From a virus, in the IMG/VR virus record IMGVR_UViG_3300041809_000571, positions 51,841 to 115,840 of that record: 64,000 bases of DNA; one strand, given 5' to 3'. The notes under the pieces were generated by a model. The model did no database searches, had not been told where the DNA came from, and worked only from the letters and a program-made list of their open reading frames with translations. Position numbers and translations under genes: made by a program. Of the stretch, positions 44,663 through 54,702 are shown piece by piece; the first letter of the stretch is position 1; every line of letters starts with the position of its first letter.

Positions 44663-45032
44663 AGAAGAGGAAAAACAAGACCGGGTATGCATCCGGTGCG
44701 GGAAAATTAAGGTAGTTTCGGAGGGAAAGGGTTGGTGGGATGACCATTGCCCCGACCCCACCAAGGATGCCACGAAGCCGATACCTCTGGAGAAGCTTGA
44801 GCATGGTGCTTACTACTATGGGTGGGGAAGAAACGGCAAACTAGCCCGGTGGGATTCCAACAGGAGGGTTTTTTGGTCCGTGCGGGCAAAGTTCCGCTAC
44901 ACCTACACGGAGAACGTGTATTACACCATTAGGCCGATGACCGGGGGGTTTGTACCCTACTGCAAGACGGAGAAACCGGTGTTCGAGTTCCCCATGGCGC
45001 ACGACGGGTGGGACCCGCCGCTCGAAGAATAA
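44643..45032 (+). CDS. hypothetical protein (paralog of previous gene)
   Basis: GTGGAGG RBS. Confidence 0.4.
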   Translation: MAFPTDEEEEKQDRVCIRCGKIKVVSEGKGWWDDHCPDPTKDATKPIPLEKLEHGAYYYGWGRNGKLARWDSNRRVFWSVRAKFRYTYTENVYYTIRPMTGGFVPYCKTEKPVFEFPMAHDGWDPPLEE

Positions 45033-45052
45033 TCCTCAAAAATCCCTCTCAC

Positions 45053-45063
45053 TGTGGTATACT
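45053..45063 (+). promoter_or_regulatory. extended -10 promoter TGTGGTATACT
   Basis: Conserved motif with upstream AATCCTCAAA shared with 56011. Confidence 0.45.
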
Positions 45064-45079
45064 GAGAGTGGAGGATATT

Positions 45080-45691
45080 ATGCACACCGTCCTTGTCTTT
45101 CTGCTTGGTGGTCTGTCCTATGCCTTATTGGAACTCACCGTGGCGGCATCAGTTGCCCGCTGGTTTCCCGACAAACTCCATTATTTACAAAGCGTTGGAG
45201 ATGCCCTCATCGATTGGTTCAGAAAACCCGCCCCTGACTTTTCCTGTGACACCAGTTCTGTAGATGACGAAGCCACAGAGGATGGGCCTTGTCAATGCCC
45301 GGTCTGCAAGGCAGAGTGGGCGGCGGCGTGCCGAAAACTCCCTGTTGGCATCAGTATAGTAATGAATGACGACCTGAAAAGTTATGGCGTTACTACCGGT
45401 CAGATTTTAGAAGTGCTGGCGGATGGGGAAGTTTACGAAATCGGCGGTAATCAGATTGATTCTATTGTCCAGCCGGTTCTTCGTTCTCAATTGGCTCCGG
45501 CGGATGACTTGATTCCCGAGGGAACCGCCGTGCGTTTTTACAACTCCAAAGATTGTATGACGTACAATAACGGTGTGACCTTCAAAGCGAGGGTTGACGA
45601 CGGAAATCTTGTCTACACCGTGGAGTACGGGACGGTGGACGGCGACGTAAGCCAAGTGGAAGTGACTTCGGATATGATTTGGTTAAAATAA
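45080..45691 (+). CDS. hypothetical protein
   Basis: GGAGG RBS; N-terminal hydrophobic helix. Confidence 0.5.
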   Translation: MHTVLVFLLGGLSYALLELTVAASVARWFPDKLHYLQSVGDALIDWFRKPAPDFSCDTSSVDDEATEDGPCQCPVCKAEWAAACRKLPVGISIVMNDDLKSYGVTTGQILEVLADGEVYEIGGNQIDSIVQPVLRSQLAPADDLIPEGTAVRFYNSKDCMTYNNGVTFKARVDDGNLVYTVEYGTVDGDVSQVEVTSDMIWLK

Positions 45692-45702
45692 AGGGAGGAA
45701 CT

Positions 45703-45927
45703 ATGTTTGAGACATTCTTGAAAATGCTCGGTGGGTTCGTGTTGTTTTTAGTGTTCATGGTGTTCATCGGCCTCTTGATTGGGTTCCCTGTCAAGTGGAT
45801 GGTGAACTATCTTTTCACTCCTGCAACCCTTACAGCAGTGTTCGGGATTGCCCAACTGACCTTCTGGAAAGCGTTCTGGCTGGCGTTTCTCTGCACCACC
45901 TTGTTCAAATCCAGTAGCTCTAAGTAA
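45703..45927 (+). CDS. small membrane protein
   Basis: GGGAGGAA RBS; two TM helices. Confidence 0.45.
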   Translation: MFETFLKMLGGFVLFLVFMVFIGLLIGFPVKWMVNYLFTPATLTAVFGIAQLTFWKAFWLAFLCTTLFKSSSSK

Positions 45928-45935
45928 GGGGTACC

Positions 45936-46535
45936 ATGGGTGAAGTGAGAGTCTCTCACGTAACGTGGCCCACCATGGGGTTGGACTACGGCTGGATGTT
46001 CGACATCCGGTCGGAGGATGAACTCAACGCCTATTGGAAAGCTCGTCGCCCCAAACAGGTCCGAGCAGCCTTTGTGGAGATAAAACGCTATCAGGATGCC
46101 AACAAGGTTGGTCCGAGCGAAATGTCCACGGATGGTCCTTCTCATTTCGTTAATGGTCTGGCGGTGGTCTATTGTTACCACGGGATGGCACATGAGCAAT
46201 CATTATTAGAGTCCGCTTGCCAAGTGGACGACGGCATTATTAAGTCCATGCTGAATTGCATTCAGAAGAATGGACGGGTCTATATCCATCACAGCGGCTC
46301 TTACTTCGCTCACATGCAGGGGTTGAAGCTCTTAGAAACCCGTATGGTTAAGGGGTTCGAGCTTCCCGAGTGCAATAAGATTGAAATCACACAGTGGCCG
46401 AGAGGTATTCACTATTACGCCAAGGTGGATGGTGTGGAAGTGAACGTTCGGGGTGAGAACAAGTGGCTATCAAAGTTTTCCGCCGAACAAGCAGCCAAAG
46501 AGTGGATAAACCAAAAGATGAGGAGAAAACCATGA
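45936..46535 (+). CDS. hypothetical protein
   Basis: 199-aa ORF. Confidence 0.45.
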   Translation: MGEVRVSHVTWPTMGLDYGWMFDIRSEDELNAYWKARRPKQVRAAFVEIKRYQDANKVGPSEMSTDGPSHFVNGLAVVYCYHGMAHEQSLLESACQVDDGIIKSMLNCIQKNGRVYIHHSGSYFAHMQGLKLLETRMVKGFELPECNKIEITQWPRGIHYYAKVDGVEVNVRGENKWLSKFSAEQAAKEWINQKMRRKP

Positions 46536-46672
46536 ACCAGTTTCCCACAATCAAAACAGGCAGGGTGTTTAAGGTCGCTTTCACGGTTTGGGTCTTAGGC
46601 GCTCTTGCGGCCCTCGCCGTCAGTGGCGAGCTAGTGTATGTGGTAATTCACTTTATCAAAAAATTCTGGTAG
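46532..46672 (+). CDS. small membrane protein
   Basis: GGAGAAAA RBS; single TM. Confidence 0.35.
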   Translation: MNQFPTIKTGRVFKVAFTVWVLGALAALAVSGELVYVVIHFIKKFW

Positions 46673-46680
46673 GAGGAACT

Positions 46681-47217
46681 ATGAGCCTTGTCATATCAGG
46701 CACCGGGATATCCCCGAGCAACGCCCAGCCCAAAGTGTTCCCTAATCTCGCCCGGCTCAACCGGGAGGAAGTCGGCAGTGGAGACTACAGCGCCATCTTC
46801 AAAGAGGTTGACGACGCCGTTACGGCGGAGTTGACCGCAGCGGGATTGCCTCTCAGCAACATGGCAAGGGGTGAGGGGATAGTTGCCATGCCCGATTGCT
46901 TCCGCTTCCGGGAGTGTGGCAACGGCTACTACAAGGAAGTCCCGACCGTCATCTATGGCTTCTGGCACCACTGGAAGTTCGAACGGGCGTGGTACTATTA
47001 CCGGGCAGAGGGGGCTGGGATTCCCCCGGATATCGCCGAAGAGTTCCACAAGACTTGGGGTCGGCAGGTCCGGGTAAATGGACACTGCGGTTGCCCCTCC
47101 CCACTGGAGCAGAATGAAGGCTTCGCCATCGGCTCGTATCACATCGACACGCCGGAAGGAATGGCTGCTTTCGTTAGGCTTTTGAATTCCATCTACAAAC
47201 CCCGACCGAAAGAGTAA
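46681..47217 (+). CDS. hypothetical protein
   Basis: GGAGGAA RBS. Confidence 0.45.
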   Translation: MSLVISGTGISPSNAQPKVFPNLARLNREEVGSGDYSAIFKEVDDAVTAELTAAGLPLSNMARGEGIVAMPDCFRFRECGNGYYKEVPTVIYGFWHHWKFERAWYYYRAEGAGIPPDIAEEFHKTWGRQVRVNGHCGCPSPLEQNEGFAIGSYHIDTPEGMAAFVRLLNSIYKPRPKE

Positions 47218-47239
47218 TATTAGTTGAAGGGGTGACCCG

Positions 47240-47590
47240 ATGAAAGCAACTATTCCCGAGGCACCGATAAGGTTGGATGGATTCCCACTATGCGCACAGT
47301 ACGACTGCCCGAACGAGGTTGTAACCAAGGGACAACCGTGCGGCCTACATGGTGGACCCCCAGCTATAATCGACATCATCCACCGTGACATCCACCGGCA
47401 GATACTAACGGCGTTAGAGGCAATGAGACGCTGCGCCGACTGTTGGGACCTGCGTTTGGATGAAATCCGCTGTATTCGGTGCTGTTGGTATCGAGGGTTG
47501 ATAATGGGAATGGCGGGTATTGCCGAACAACTGGGGTGGGGGGAAGAGATGGTCCGCTACTTGGACCTGATTGCCCACCGCCGAGAATAG
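47240..47590 (+). CDS. hypothetical protein
   Basis: 116-aa ORF. Confidence 0.4.
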   Translation: MKATIPEAPIRLDGFPLCAQYDCPNEVVTKGQPCGLHGGPPAIIDIIHRDIHRQILTALEAMRRCADCWDLRLDEIRCIRCCWYRGLIMGMAGIAEQLGWGEEMVRYLDLIAHRRE

Positions 47591-47596
47591 GGGCTT

Positions 47597-47827
47597 ATGA
47601 GTATATGTGAGGGGACGTACAATTTTGAAGGTTTTGGTCACCGGGTATTCATCGACCAAGCCTGTTTTCGGGATGAAACCAAGGTGACTTTGTGGGGGGA
47701 AAATAACAGGCTCATCTCCACTCACACCATCACCGTATCCATCGACCAGCTTCGGCGCTTTCTGGTTCAAGTAGAAAAAGAAGCCGACGAGGAACGCAGG
47801 AAGCTGGAGGAAGCGAAGGCGGAATGA
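47597..47827 (+). CDS. hypothetical protein
   Basis: 76-aa ORF. Confidence 0.35.
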   Translation: MSICEGTYNFEGFGHRVFIDQACFRDETKVTLWGENNRLISTHTITVSIDQLRRFLVQVEKEADEERRKLEEAKAE

Positions 47828-48162
47828 GCAACCCCATCACTGGCAAACAACTGTGGGAGATTTTGGTGCCCGCCTCGGACGGCAGGGGGAATCGACTCCT
47901 AATTAACCACCACCGGATATGGGACGAGAAAGTTCGAAAGCTTACAGGTGGGGGAATGACGATATCTGCCCCGGCAAAGGGCGAGTGGGTTAACGGCAAA
48001 GAGGGCAGCGCCATCCTCCGGGAGCCGATGATTCCCGTCAGGCTTCTCACCGACAGGATTACTATAGACAAGGTCGCCACTATGACTATGGAACATTACG
48101 ACCAGAAGGCAGTATTGTACTACATGGTTTCCGACACCGTCTATATGCTGGAAAAGGAGTAG
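47824..48162 (+). CDS. hypothetical protein
   Basis: 112-aa ORF. Confidence 0.4.
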   Translation: MSNPITGKQLWEILVPASDGRGNRLLINHHRIWDEKVRKLTGGGMTISAPAKGEWVNGKEGSAILREPMIPVRLLTDRITIDKVATMTMEHYDQKAVLYYMVSDTVYMLEKE

Positions 48163-48163
48163 T

Positions 48164-48538
48164 ATGCTAATCACAAAGACCAAAGAGCAGGTTAAGGCTC
48201 AAGCTACCCTGCTATCGGAGATGAAGCCCCGCATCCGCCGTTACAGCTTTTTCGGGGATGACAACTGGGCGAAAATCGACGTGCAGATTAAAGTCCTCGA
48301 AGAGGATATGAGCGAGGACGAACTCAACGATTACGTTGACGAACAGCAGGGAGAACTTGACCTGACTGACGACCAGAAGTACGAACTGTCCAGCGTTGGC
48401 TTTGAAGCCATCGAATGGCGGGACGGAACCTTGGACGAGCCGCCATTTGATGGCTGGAAGAGCTTGCTGCCTCATGATGAACCCAAGCCCGCCAAGAAGG
48501 CCATCAAGAAGGCCAATAAAACCAAGAAAAAGAGGTAA
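48164..48538 (+). CDS. hypothetical protein with Lys-rich C-terminus
   Basis: 124-aa ORF. Confidence 0.4.
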   Translation: MLITKTKEQVKAQATLLSEMKPRIRRYSFFGDDNWAKIDVQIKVLEEDMSEDELNDYVDEQQGELDLTDDQKYELSSVGFEAIEWRDGTLDEPPFDGWKSLLPHDEPKPAKKAIKKANKTKKKR

Positions 48539-48539
48539 C

Positions 48540-49067
48540 ATGAAAACCGACCTATCAGATTTCAAAGGTACGAGTGAAGATATCAACGCCCTGCCGCAAC
48601 GCCTCCGGGATTTCATTCACCATTTGGAGGCTAATTGTGACCCGGCCCACGTGATGCAGGAAAACTACATCCTTCGGGAATTGTACGGCGGGATGTGTGA
48701 AATCTTGGCTGATATCAAGGCGGGAATGTACGTCAGGTGTATCTACTGCCGGACCCTTTTTAAACCCGGAGACAAAGACACCCCGGAGACCATGGCAGAG
48801 AAAATAAAAAAGCACATCACCGAATGCCCCAAGCATCCCACAGGCATCATGGTGAAACGGTGCCGATATCTGGAGCGCCTCATCAAGGCGATGCAGCACG
48901 GTACTTTGAAACCCAATCAAGACCTGCCCGCAAAGGAATGCAGCCGGGCAAGCGGGCAAGTTCCGTGTGACGTTTGCGGACTGGAGCTTGACCATCACTT
49001 CCAACCGCTCCCGGAGTCCTGTCCTACGGTAGTGGAAGACTGTTATGGGAAATGGTGGAAGCTGTAG
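48540..49067 (+). CDS. hypothetical protein
   Basis: Start trimmed to ATG 48540 right after previous stop. Confidence 0.4.
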   Translation: MKTDLSDFKGTSEDINALPQRLRDFIHHLEANCDPAHVMQENYILRELYGGMCEILADIKAGMYVRCIYCRTLFKPGDKDTPETMAEKIKKHITECPKHPTGIMVKRCRYLERLIKAMQHGTLKPNQDLPAKECSRASGQVPCDVCGLELDHHFQPLPESCPTVVEDCYGKWWKL

Positions 49068-49074
49068 GAGGCAT

Positions 49075-49395
49075 ATGGGATTTATACTGGATACCAACGA
49101 CCCCATTCTCGGATTGGAAAAGCGCCGGGAGTCCTTCAACATCTGTGACCTCCAGCGCAAGTATCCCAACGATACCGAACAGCCCGGCATAAAGGATGCG
49201 GACAAGTATCGGCAGGTCTTGGTAGTGAAGTCCGAACACATCTTCGCTTACGCAGATGGTGAGATTGAGATGTCCAAAGACTTTCTGCGCAGATTGGTGA
49301 AGTTCTTCGACGCACCAGAGCGCCGAAGGATGTTGGAAGATGACCTACCGGAAACTTCACCAATGCGGTGGTTTCCCAAGAAATGGGGGACATAA
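49075..49395 (+). CDS. hypothetical protein
   Basis: AGGAGG RBS. Confidence 0.4.
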   Translation: MGFILDTNDPILGLEKRRESFNICDLQRKYPNDTEQPGIKDADKYRQVLVVKSEHIFAYADGEIEMSKDFLRRLVKFFDAPERRRMLEDDLPETSPMRWFPKKWGT

Positions 49396-49397
49396 TG

Positions 49398-49706
49398 GGA
49401 CCCGTACAAGCGTTCAGGGCAGAGGTAGTCCGGCTGGAGAACGAGCTTATGTCAGCGAAGATACGGCTGGCGGAGGCGGAGTTGCGGTGTTGCCATGCGT
49501 GGAGTAAACCGGCGTATGACCCCATCATCCACGAAGCGTACCATATCGCTGGCGACCCGCCCGGCACCATGGGGGTTGACCGGCAGCTTCCCATGGATGT
49601 ACCCCGGCAGGAAATCCCCCGCTGGAAAAGAACTTGTAGCTCCTGCGGGATAACGGAGACAACGCAGCAAATCAGAGAGGATATCAAAAAGGTACCGGTG
49701 TTCTAA
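49398..49706 (+). CDS. hypothetical protein
   Basis: 102-aa ORF. Confidence 0.35.
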   Translation, partial: GPVQAFRAEVVRLENELMSAKIRLAEAELRCCHAWSKPAYDPIIHEAYHIAGDPPGTMGVDRQLPMDVPRQEIPRWKRTCSSCGITETTQQIREDIKKVPVF

Positions 49707-50644
49707 TGGAATTCTACGGAAAGCTCAAACAAGCGCTCGTGGAGATTGGGGAAGTTGACCCTAATAGCCTGATTCTCGCTTTTGCCTCGGGAAGCTGGCA
49801 GCATGGTGCCCGGATGGACGACAAGGCCGACCTTGACGTGTCCGGGGTGTTCGTGGGTCGCCCGGAGGAAGAACTCCAGCTTGACAACGAGAACCCTCGT
49901 AAAATGGGTCATGCGAGTGCTAGCACGGCAGGAGACAAGCGCAAGAACACCAAGGCGGACGTTGACATCAAAGCCTACTCTCTACGCCGCTGGGCGGGTC
50001 TGGCGCTTAAAGGCAACCCTTCGGCACTTTCGTTCCTGTTTGTCCCGGACAGCATCAAGGACATGTCTTTGGAGCCGAAGGCACGTTGGCCATGCCCCTA
50101 TGATGCGCAGCAGTGTGAGTATCCAAGCTGCATAAGCGACCATGAGGGTTACCGGGACAGCACGTGCGTGAGGCGTAACCGGGAGGCGCATACAAACACG
50201 GTGTGGGACACCGTGATTCTGCCCAACACCAATGACTTTCTGTCCGCCCGAGCGGCGAAAGCTTTCATCGGTCTGGCGGATAACCAGTTTCACCGGATGC
50301 TTGGAGAAGGCACGGGTAAACACGGGACCCGGAAAGCCGAGAAGGAAGAATACGGCTACGACCCCAAAGCGGCTATGCACATGATTATAGGCATTCAAGA
50401 GTGCCTTGAGCTTTTGCGGACCGGAAGGATGACTTTCCCCCGCCCGGAAAAGACCCTATTGCTTAACATCCGTACCGGAAAACTTGGTCTAAAAGGTGTA
50501 TTAGACCTATATGGGGTTTTGCGGGATGAAGTGCCCGAGGCGGAGAAGAACACCCCGCTTCCCCCGGAATGTGACCGGGGAAAGGTCAGCAAACTCGTTA
50601 CGGGGGCGATATTGCAGCATTGGAAAGAGAGGAAGTGGCTATGA
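49706..50644 (+). CDS. minimal nucleotidyltransferase (Pol-beta superfamily) protein
   Basis: FASGSWQHGARMDDKADLDV matches GS-x9-13-DxD NTase signature. Confidence 0.5.
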   Translation: MEFYGKLKQALVEIGEVDPNSLILAFASGSWQHGARMDDKADLDVSGVFVGRPEEELQLDNENPRKMGHASASTAGDKRKNTKADVDIKAYSLRRWAGLALKGNPSALSFLFVPDSIKDMSLEPKARWPCPYDAQQCEYPSCISDHEGYRDSTCVRRNREAHTNTVWDTVILPNTNDFLSARAAKAFIGLADNQFHRMLGEGTGKHGTRKAEKEEYGYDPKAAMHMIIGIQECLELLRTGRMTFPRPEKTLLLNIRTGKLGLKGVLDLYGVLRDEVPEAEKNTPLPPECDRGKVSKLVTGAILQHWKERKWL

Positions 50645-51102
50645 GGGCATCGGAAGCAAGGGCACTTGCCGAGACCAATGCCGAACGCATCGCTCGGAAG
50701 AAGGCGGAGGAGTCCGCCAAGCGCAAAATTCAGCGGGCGACTGCGTGGGAAAGAAGGCGGAAGGAATACTACGCCAAAACCCTCGAAAATATTAAGTGGC
50801 ATATCGACGCCTACATCAAAGACGGTGAAACAAAAATTGAAGACTACCGGCTATCCACGGAGAATGATAGTGATGGCCTCCTAGCCGGGGAACAGAAGTT
50901 TTTCAAAAACTTTGAGTTTGCCGTAGAACTAAAGAAAATCATCGCCAAGCTGCGCCGGGACGGCTACAAAGTAACGGTTAAAGCGGGGTCGGTACAGCAT
51001 GACGACAGTGCCGCTTACTTGAACAGCGGTGGTGAGTGCGGCTCCGAGACCCCTTACTACATGTATCACACTTGGCTGGAGATTTCGTGGGAGGGAAAAT
51101 GA
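50641..51102 (+). CDS. coiled-coil hypothetical protein
   Basis: ATG overlaps previous stop. Confidence 0.4.
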   Translation: MRASEARALAETNAERIARKKAEESAKRKIQRATAWERRRKEYYAKTLENIKWHIDAYIKDGETKIEDYRLSTENDSDGLLAGEQKFFKNFEFAVELKKIIAKLRRDGYKVTVKAGSVQHDDSAAYLNSGGECGSETPYYMYHTWLEISWEGK

Positions 51103-52619
51103 GAATCCTTAATGTCCGAATGGGACTGGCGACCAACTCCTCCAGCATCCACTCCATCATCCTCATGGCCCCGAAGCACTACCGGAAAGTCAGGACCGAC
51201 GAATACTATGACTTTGGGTGGAGTTTCTTCACCGCCGCCAACATTCGCTCCAAGACTAACTATCTTGCCTACATTCTGCGTGGAAATCTGAATGCCGCCA
51301 TTGGTGAGGAGAACGCCGCTGTCATCATCGACGCCCTCTTCGAGTCCAAGCACGGGGGAAGCTACTCCAAGGAGATTGAGGAGAACGGCTACGGCGTGGA
51401 CCACCAAAGCTTCATCGGTCTCCCCCGCAACTGGGATGGTCAAGGAATTAACCTTGACTTCTTCAAGGATTTCAAGGATTACATCGTTAACAACCCCGTC
51501 GCTATTCTCGGCGGTAACGACAACACCGACGAGTCGCACCCTCTACGGGGTGATGGAAAAAGTCTTGACCTTGGTATTTTGGAGGATGGTGAATATGGTA
51601 CCCTTGTGGCAAGAAAAGACCACTGCGGCAGGGATACTCATTGGGTCCTGTTCAACCGGCACAATGGCACCAAGGTTCGCCTGACCTTTGACCACTACCC
51701 CAATAAAAGGGGCACCAGCAATCCCATAGATGAGAAGACCTTTGCTGCCCGCAAGTTTATGTTGGGTCCGATTAAGCCTTTCAATAAGGCGGCGGCTCCC
51801 GAGCTTGTGGACATTAAAATCACCGACCATTGTACCATGGGGTGTGAGTATTGCTATCAGAGTAGCACGCCAGCCGGGCAGCACGCCGACTATGACAACA
51901 TCAATCGCCTTGCTTATGCCCTCGCCAGAATGCGGGTATTCGAGGTTGCCCTCGGCGGCGGCGAGCCAACAAAGCACCCCAAGTTCTTGGGGATTCTTCG
52001 CACCTTCCGTAATTATGGAGTCATCCCCAACTTCACCACTCGGGACCTGATGTGGATGTTCAACAAGAAAGATGCACAGGAGATTGTCAAGACCGCTGGT
52101 GAGTTCGCTTATTCCGTGACTACAGGAGCAGACGTAAAGCGCCTTGGCAGGGCCATTGAACGAGGCAAGTTCCGGGAGCTTCAACCGGAGAAGGAGTTCT
52201 CCGTCCAGTATGTCTTGAACACGGGCGGAAATCTCTACGATGTTTTAGAGGAAGCCCGCAAGAACGATTTCCGGGTTACCCTCCTCGGCTACAAGCGGGT
52301 GGGATTCGGGAAAGACTTCACCCCCATTCCCGAAGACTGGATGAAGGCGGTAGCCCAAGCCAGAAAAGAACGTAGTTGGGTTCATATCGGCGTGGACACC
52401 GCCATCATCAAAGAGCAGGGAGAACAAATCAAACGGGACCTGAACGTCAGCGAACTGCTCATGACCGCCGAAGAGGGCAAGTTCTCCATGTACATCAATG
52501 CCGTCAATAACACCATGGGTCCGTCCTCCTACTGCTCACCGGACGAGATGGAGCCGATAATCAGAGGGCAGGGTAAGACCACGGAGGATTACATCCGGGA
52601 GAGATTCATCCGATGGTAG
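51099..52619 (+). CDS. radical SAM enzyme with ~230-aa N-terminal extension
   Basis: ITDHCTMGCEYCY (CxxxCxxC) and VALGGGEPT glycine-rich SAM motif; GGGAGGG RBS. Confidence 0.6.
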   Translation: MRILNVRMGLATNSSSIHSIILMAPKHYRKVRTDEYYDFGWSFFTAANIRSKTNYLAYILRGNLNAAIGEENAAVIIDALFESKHGGSYSKEIEENGYGVDHQSFIGLPRNWDGQGINLDFFKDFKDYIVNNPVAILGGNDNTDESHPLRGDGKSLDLGILEDGEYGTLVARKDHCGRDTHWVLFNRHNGTKVRLTFDHYPNKRGTSNPIDEKTFAARKFMLGPIKPFNKAAAPELVDIKITDHCTMGCEYCYQSSTPAGQHADYDNINRLAYALARMRVFEVALGGGEPTKHPKFLGILRTFRNYGVIPNFTTRDLMWMFNKKDAQEIVKTAGEFAYSVTTGADVKRLGRAIERGKFRELQPEKEFSVQYVLNTGGNLYDVLEEARKNDFRVTLLGYKRVGFGKDFTPIPEDWMKAVAQARKERSWVHIGVDTAIIKEQGEQIKRDLNVSELLMTAEEGKFSMYINAVNNTMGPSSYCSPDEMEPIIRGQGKTTEDYIRERFIRW

Positions 52620-52632
52620 TTCGAGGTATGAT

Positions 52633-52830
52633 ATGAAAAGACCAAAGTGGGCCTGTGCATTTTGCTACAGACGGCTGTATGTGAACATTCTTCCCAAGTC
52701 TTGGGACCTCGTGTGGCAGTGGGCCGTATGTCCAAGGTGCCAGAAACGGGTAAGCAAAAACGGAGGCTATTGGGTCGTGCCAAGTGGTGCCTACCGAGGT
52801 AGGAGACGCTGGCCCAAGAGGTTTGCATAG
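52633..52830 (+). CDS. zinc-ribbon small protein
   Basis: CAFC...CPRC. Confidence 0.4.
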   Translation: MKRPKWACAFCYRRLYVNILPKSWDLVWQWAVCPRCQKRVSKNGGYWVVPSGAYRGRRRWPKRFA

Positions 52831-52836
52831 GAGCGT

Positions 52837-53859
52837 ATGGAAAAACAAAGAATCCTCATCACAGGTGGAGCGGGTTTTATCGCCCACCACCTCATCGACC
52901 ACCTTATCCGCAACACCAACTGGGAGATAGTCATCCTTGATAAGCTCACCTACGCCGCCAACGGCTTCGACCGGTTGCGGGAGATAGGGGCTTATGGGCA
53001 TCCAAGGGTCACCGCACACCCTGTGGACCTATGCTATCGCATCGGCGAGGGACTGGAGCGGGAGATTGGACACGTGGATTACTTCGTCCATATGGCGGCG
53101 GAGACGCACGTGGACAACTCCATTGCCAACCCCCGTCTCTTTGTAGAAGCGAACGTGGTTGGAACTTTCGAGATGCTGGAACTTGCCCGCAGGCTCACCG
53201 GCCTTAAGAAATTTCTCTACTTCTCCACAGACGAGGTTTTTGGACCGGCTCCTGATTGCATGGAATACAAAGAGTGGGACGGTTACAATTCCAACAACCC
53301 CTACGCCGCAACCAAGGCAGCGGGTGAGGAGCTTACTCTCGCTTGGGCGAACACGTACAAGCTGCCCGCATTCATTACTCACACGATGAACGCCTTTGGT
53401 GAGCGCCAGCACCCGGAGAAGTTTATCCCCAAGGTCATATCTCACGTCATGATGGGAAAGACAATACCCATCCACGCCTATCCAGATAAGAAGCGTTCCG
53501 GCAGTCGGTTCTACATACACTGCCGTAATATCGCTGACGCCGTCCTGTTCCTCCTTGACCGTGCGGATTTCCGGGAAAAGTATAACATCGTCGGGGAGCA
53601 GGAAGTGAATAACCTTGACCTTGCCAAACGCATAGCCTCCATCATAGGCAAGCCACTCAAATATGAACTTGTCGATTTCCACTCGGCCCGCCCCGGTCAT
53701 GACCTACGCTATGCCCTCAACGGCGGGAAGATGCGGGGCATGAACTGGTTCATACCAATGCGCTTCGAGGAGAGTCTCACCCGCACGATTCGCTGGATGA
53801 CCCGCCCGGAGCATTATAGTTGGCTGGATTTGGGGACTCATGCTGCTGTGGCTGGATGA
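52837..53859 (+). CDS. NAD-dependent NDP-sugar 4,6-dehydratase/epimerase (RfbB-like SDR)
   Basis: ILITGGAGFIAHHL Rossmann motif, STDEVFG, YAATK (YxxxK). Confidence 0.7.
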   Translation: MEKQRILITGGAGFIAHHLIDHLIRNTNWEIVILDKLTYAANGFDRLREIGAYGHPRVTAHPVDLCYRIGEGLEREIGHVDYFVHMAAETHVDNSIANPRLFVEANVVGTFEMLELARRLTGLKKFLYFSTDEVFGPAPDCMEYKEWDGYNSNNPYAATKAAGEELTLAWANTYKLPAFITHTMNAFGERQHPEKFIPKVISHVMMGKTIPIHAYPDKKRSGSRFYIHCRNIADAVLFLLDRADFREKYNIVGEQEVNNLDLAKRIASIIGKPLKYELVDFHSARPGHDLRYALNGGKMRGMNWFIPMRFEESLTRTIRWMTRPEHYSWLDLGTHAAVAG

Positions 53860-54121
53860 CATCAGAACACCGCCCCACGATGACTACACGTGGGCAAAGA
53901 CCGCCGAAGAAGCCATCAGTCTGTTGGAAACGGGTCAGGTGGAGTATGCTTCACTAGACCATGACCTTGGCTTTGGCGGGTCCGGCTATGACGTGGTTTG
54001 CTGGATGGAAAGAAATGACCAATGGCCGGTTAATGGGGTGGATGTTCATTCCATGAATCCAGTGGGCAGGCAGTACATGATGATGGCTATTAACAAGCAC
54101 TATGGGGAGGTACGAAGATGA
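53840..54121 (+). CDS. hypothetical protein
   Basis: 93-aa ORF overlapping SDR gene end. Confidence 0.4.
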   Translation: MLLWLDDIRTPPHDDYTWAKTAEEAISLLETGQVEYASLDHDLGFGGSGYDVVCWMERNDQWPVNGVDVHSMNPVGRQYMMMAINKHYGEVRR

Positions 54122-54702
54122 GACGCCGTGAGTTTTTTTCTTGGTTAGGAGGAGTGGGGGCAGCCGGGCTGATGGCGGAGAACCTCAAGGGGATAATCCT
54201 TCCCATGAAGCCCAAAGATGAGGAAGCCATCATGCTTTCCGAAGACCCCAATCCCCACGACTTCATCGACATCAGTTATCATTTCCGTAACAACCTCGAA
54301 CACCGGTTGTTCCGGGCCTTCTCCCTCAATGACTGCAACCTGCGGACCTACTACGGGCGGGTGTATATGGCAAGCCTCATGACACCCATCGTGAACCGGT
54401 ATATGCAGGTGTGGAGAGAGCGGACTGGCATTCATCCCGTGGTGCGATTCGGAGACAATTTCACTCAGCCGACGCCCATCAAGTTCAGCACCATCCAAAA
54501 CACCGAGGATTCCTATCGGCGGATGATTCTGGTCGCTGAGTATGTGGGAGACTCCATCATGGTCCTTAAGGAACGGGAGCGGCTTAGTCCGCAGGGGAGC
54601 GGGGGCCTCGTTACCGTTGTAAGCAGCAACGACAGACCGGACATGAGAATCATTAATTTTGACATCACTACCGCTCCCGTGGGGAGTGTCCATGGGCGCT
54701 AA
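54118..54702 (+). CDS. hypothetical protein
   Basis: 194-aa ORF. Confidence 0.45.
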   Translation: MRRREFFSWLGGVGAAGLMAENLKGIILPMKPKDEEAIMLSEDPNPHDFIDISYHFRNNLEHRLFRAFSLNDCNLRTYYGRVYMASLMTPIVNRYMQVWRERTGIHPVVRFGDNFTQPTPIKFSTIQNTEDSYRRMILVAEYVGDSIMVLKERERLSPQGSGGLVTVVSSNDRPDMRIINFDITTAPVGSVHGR

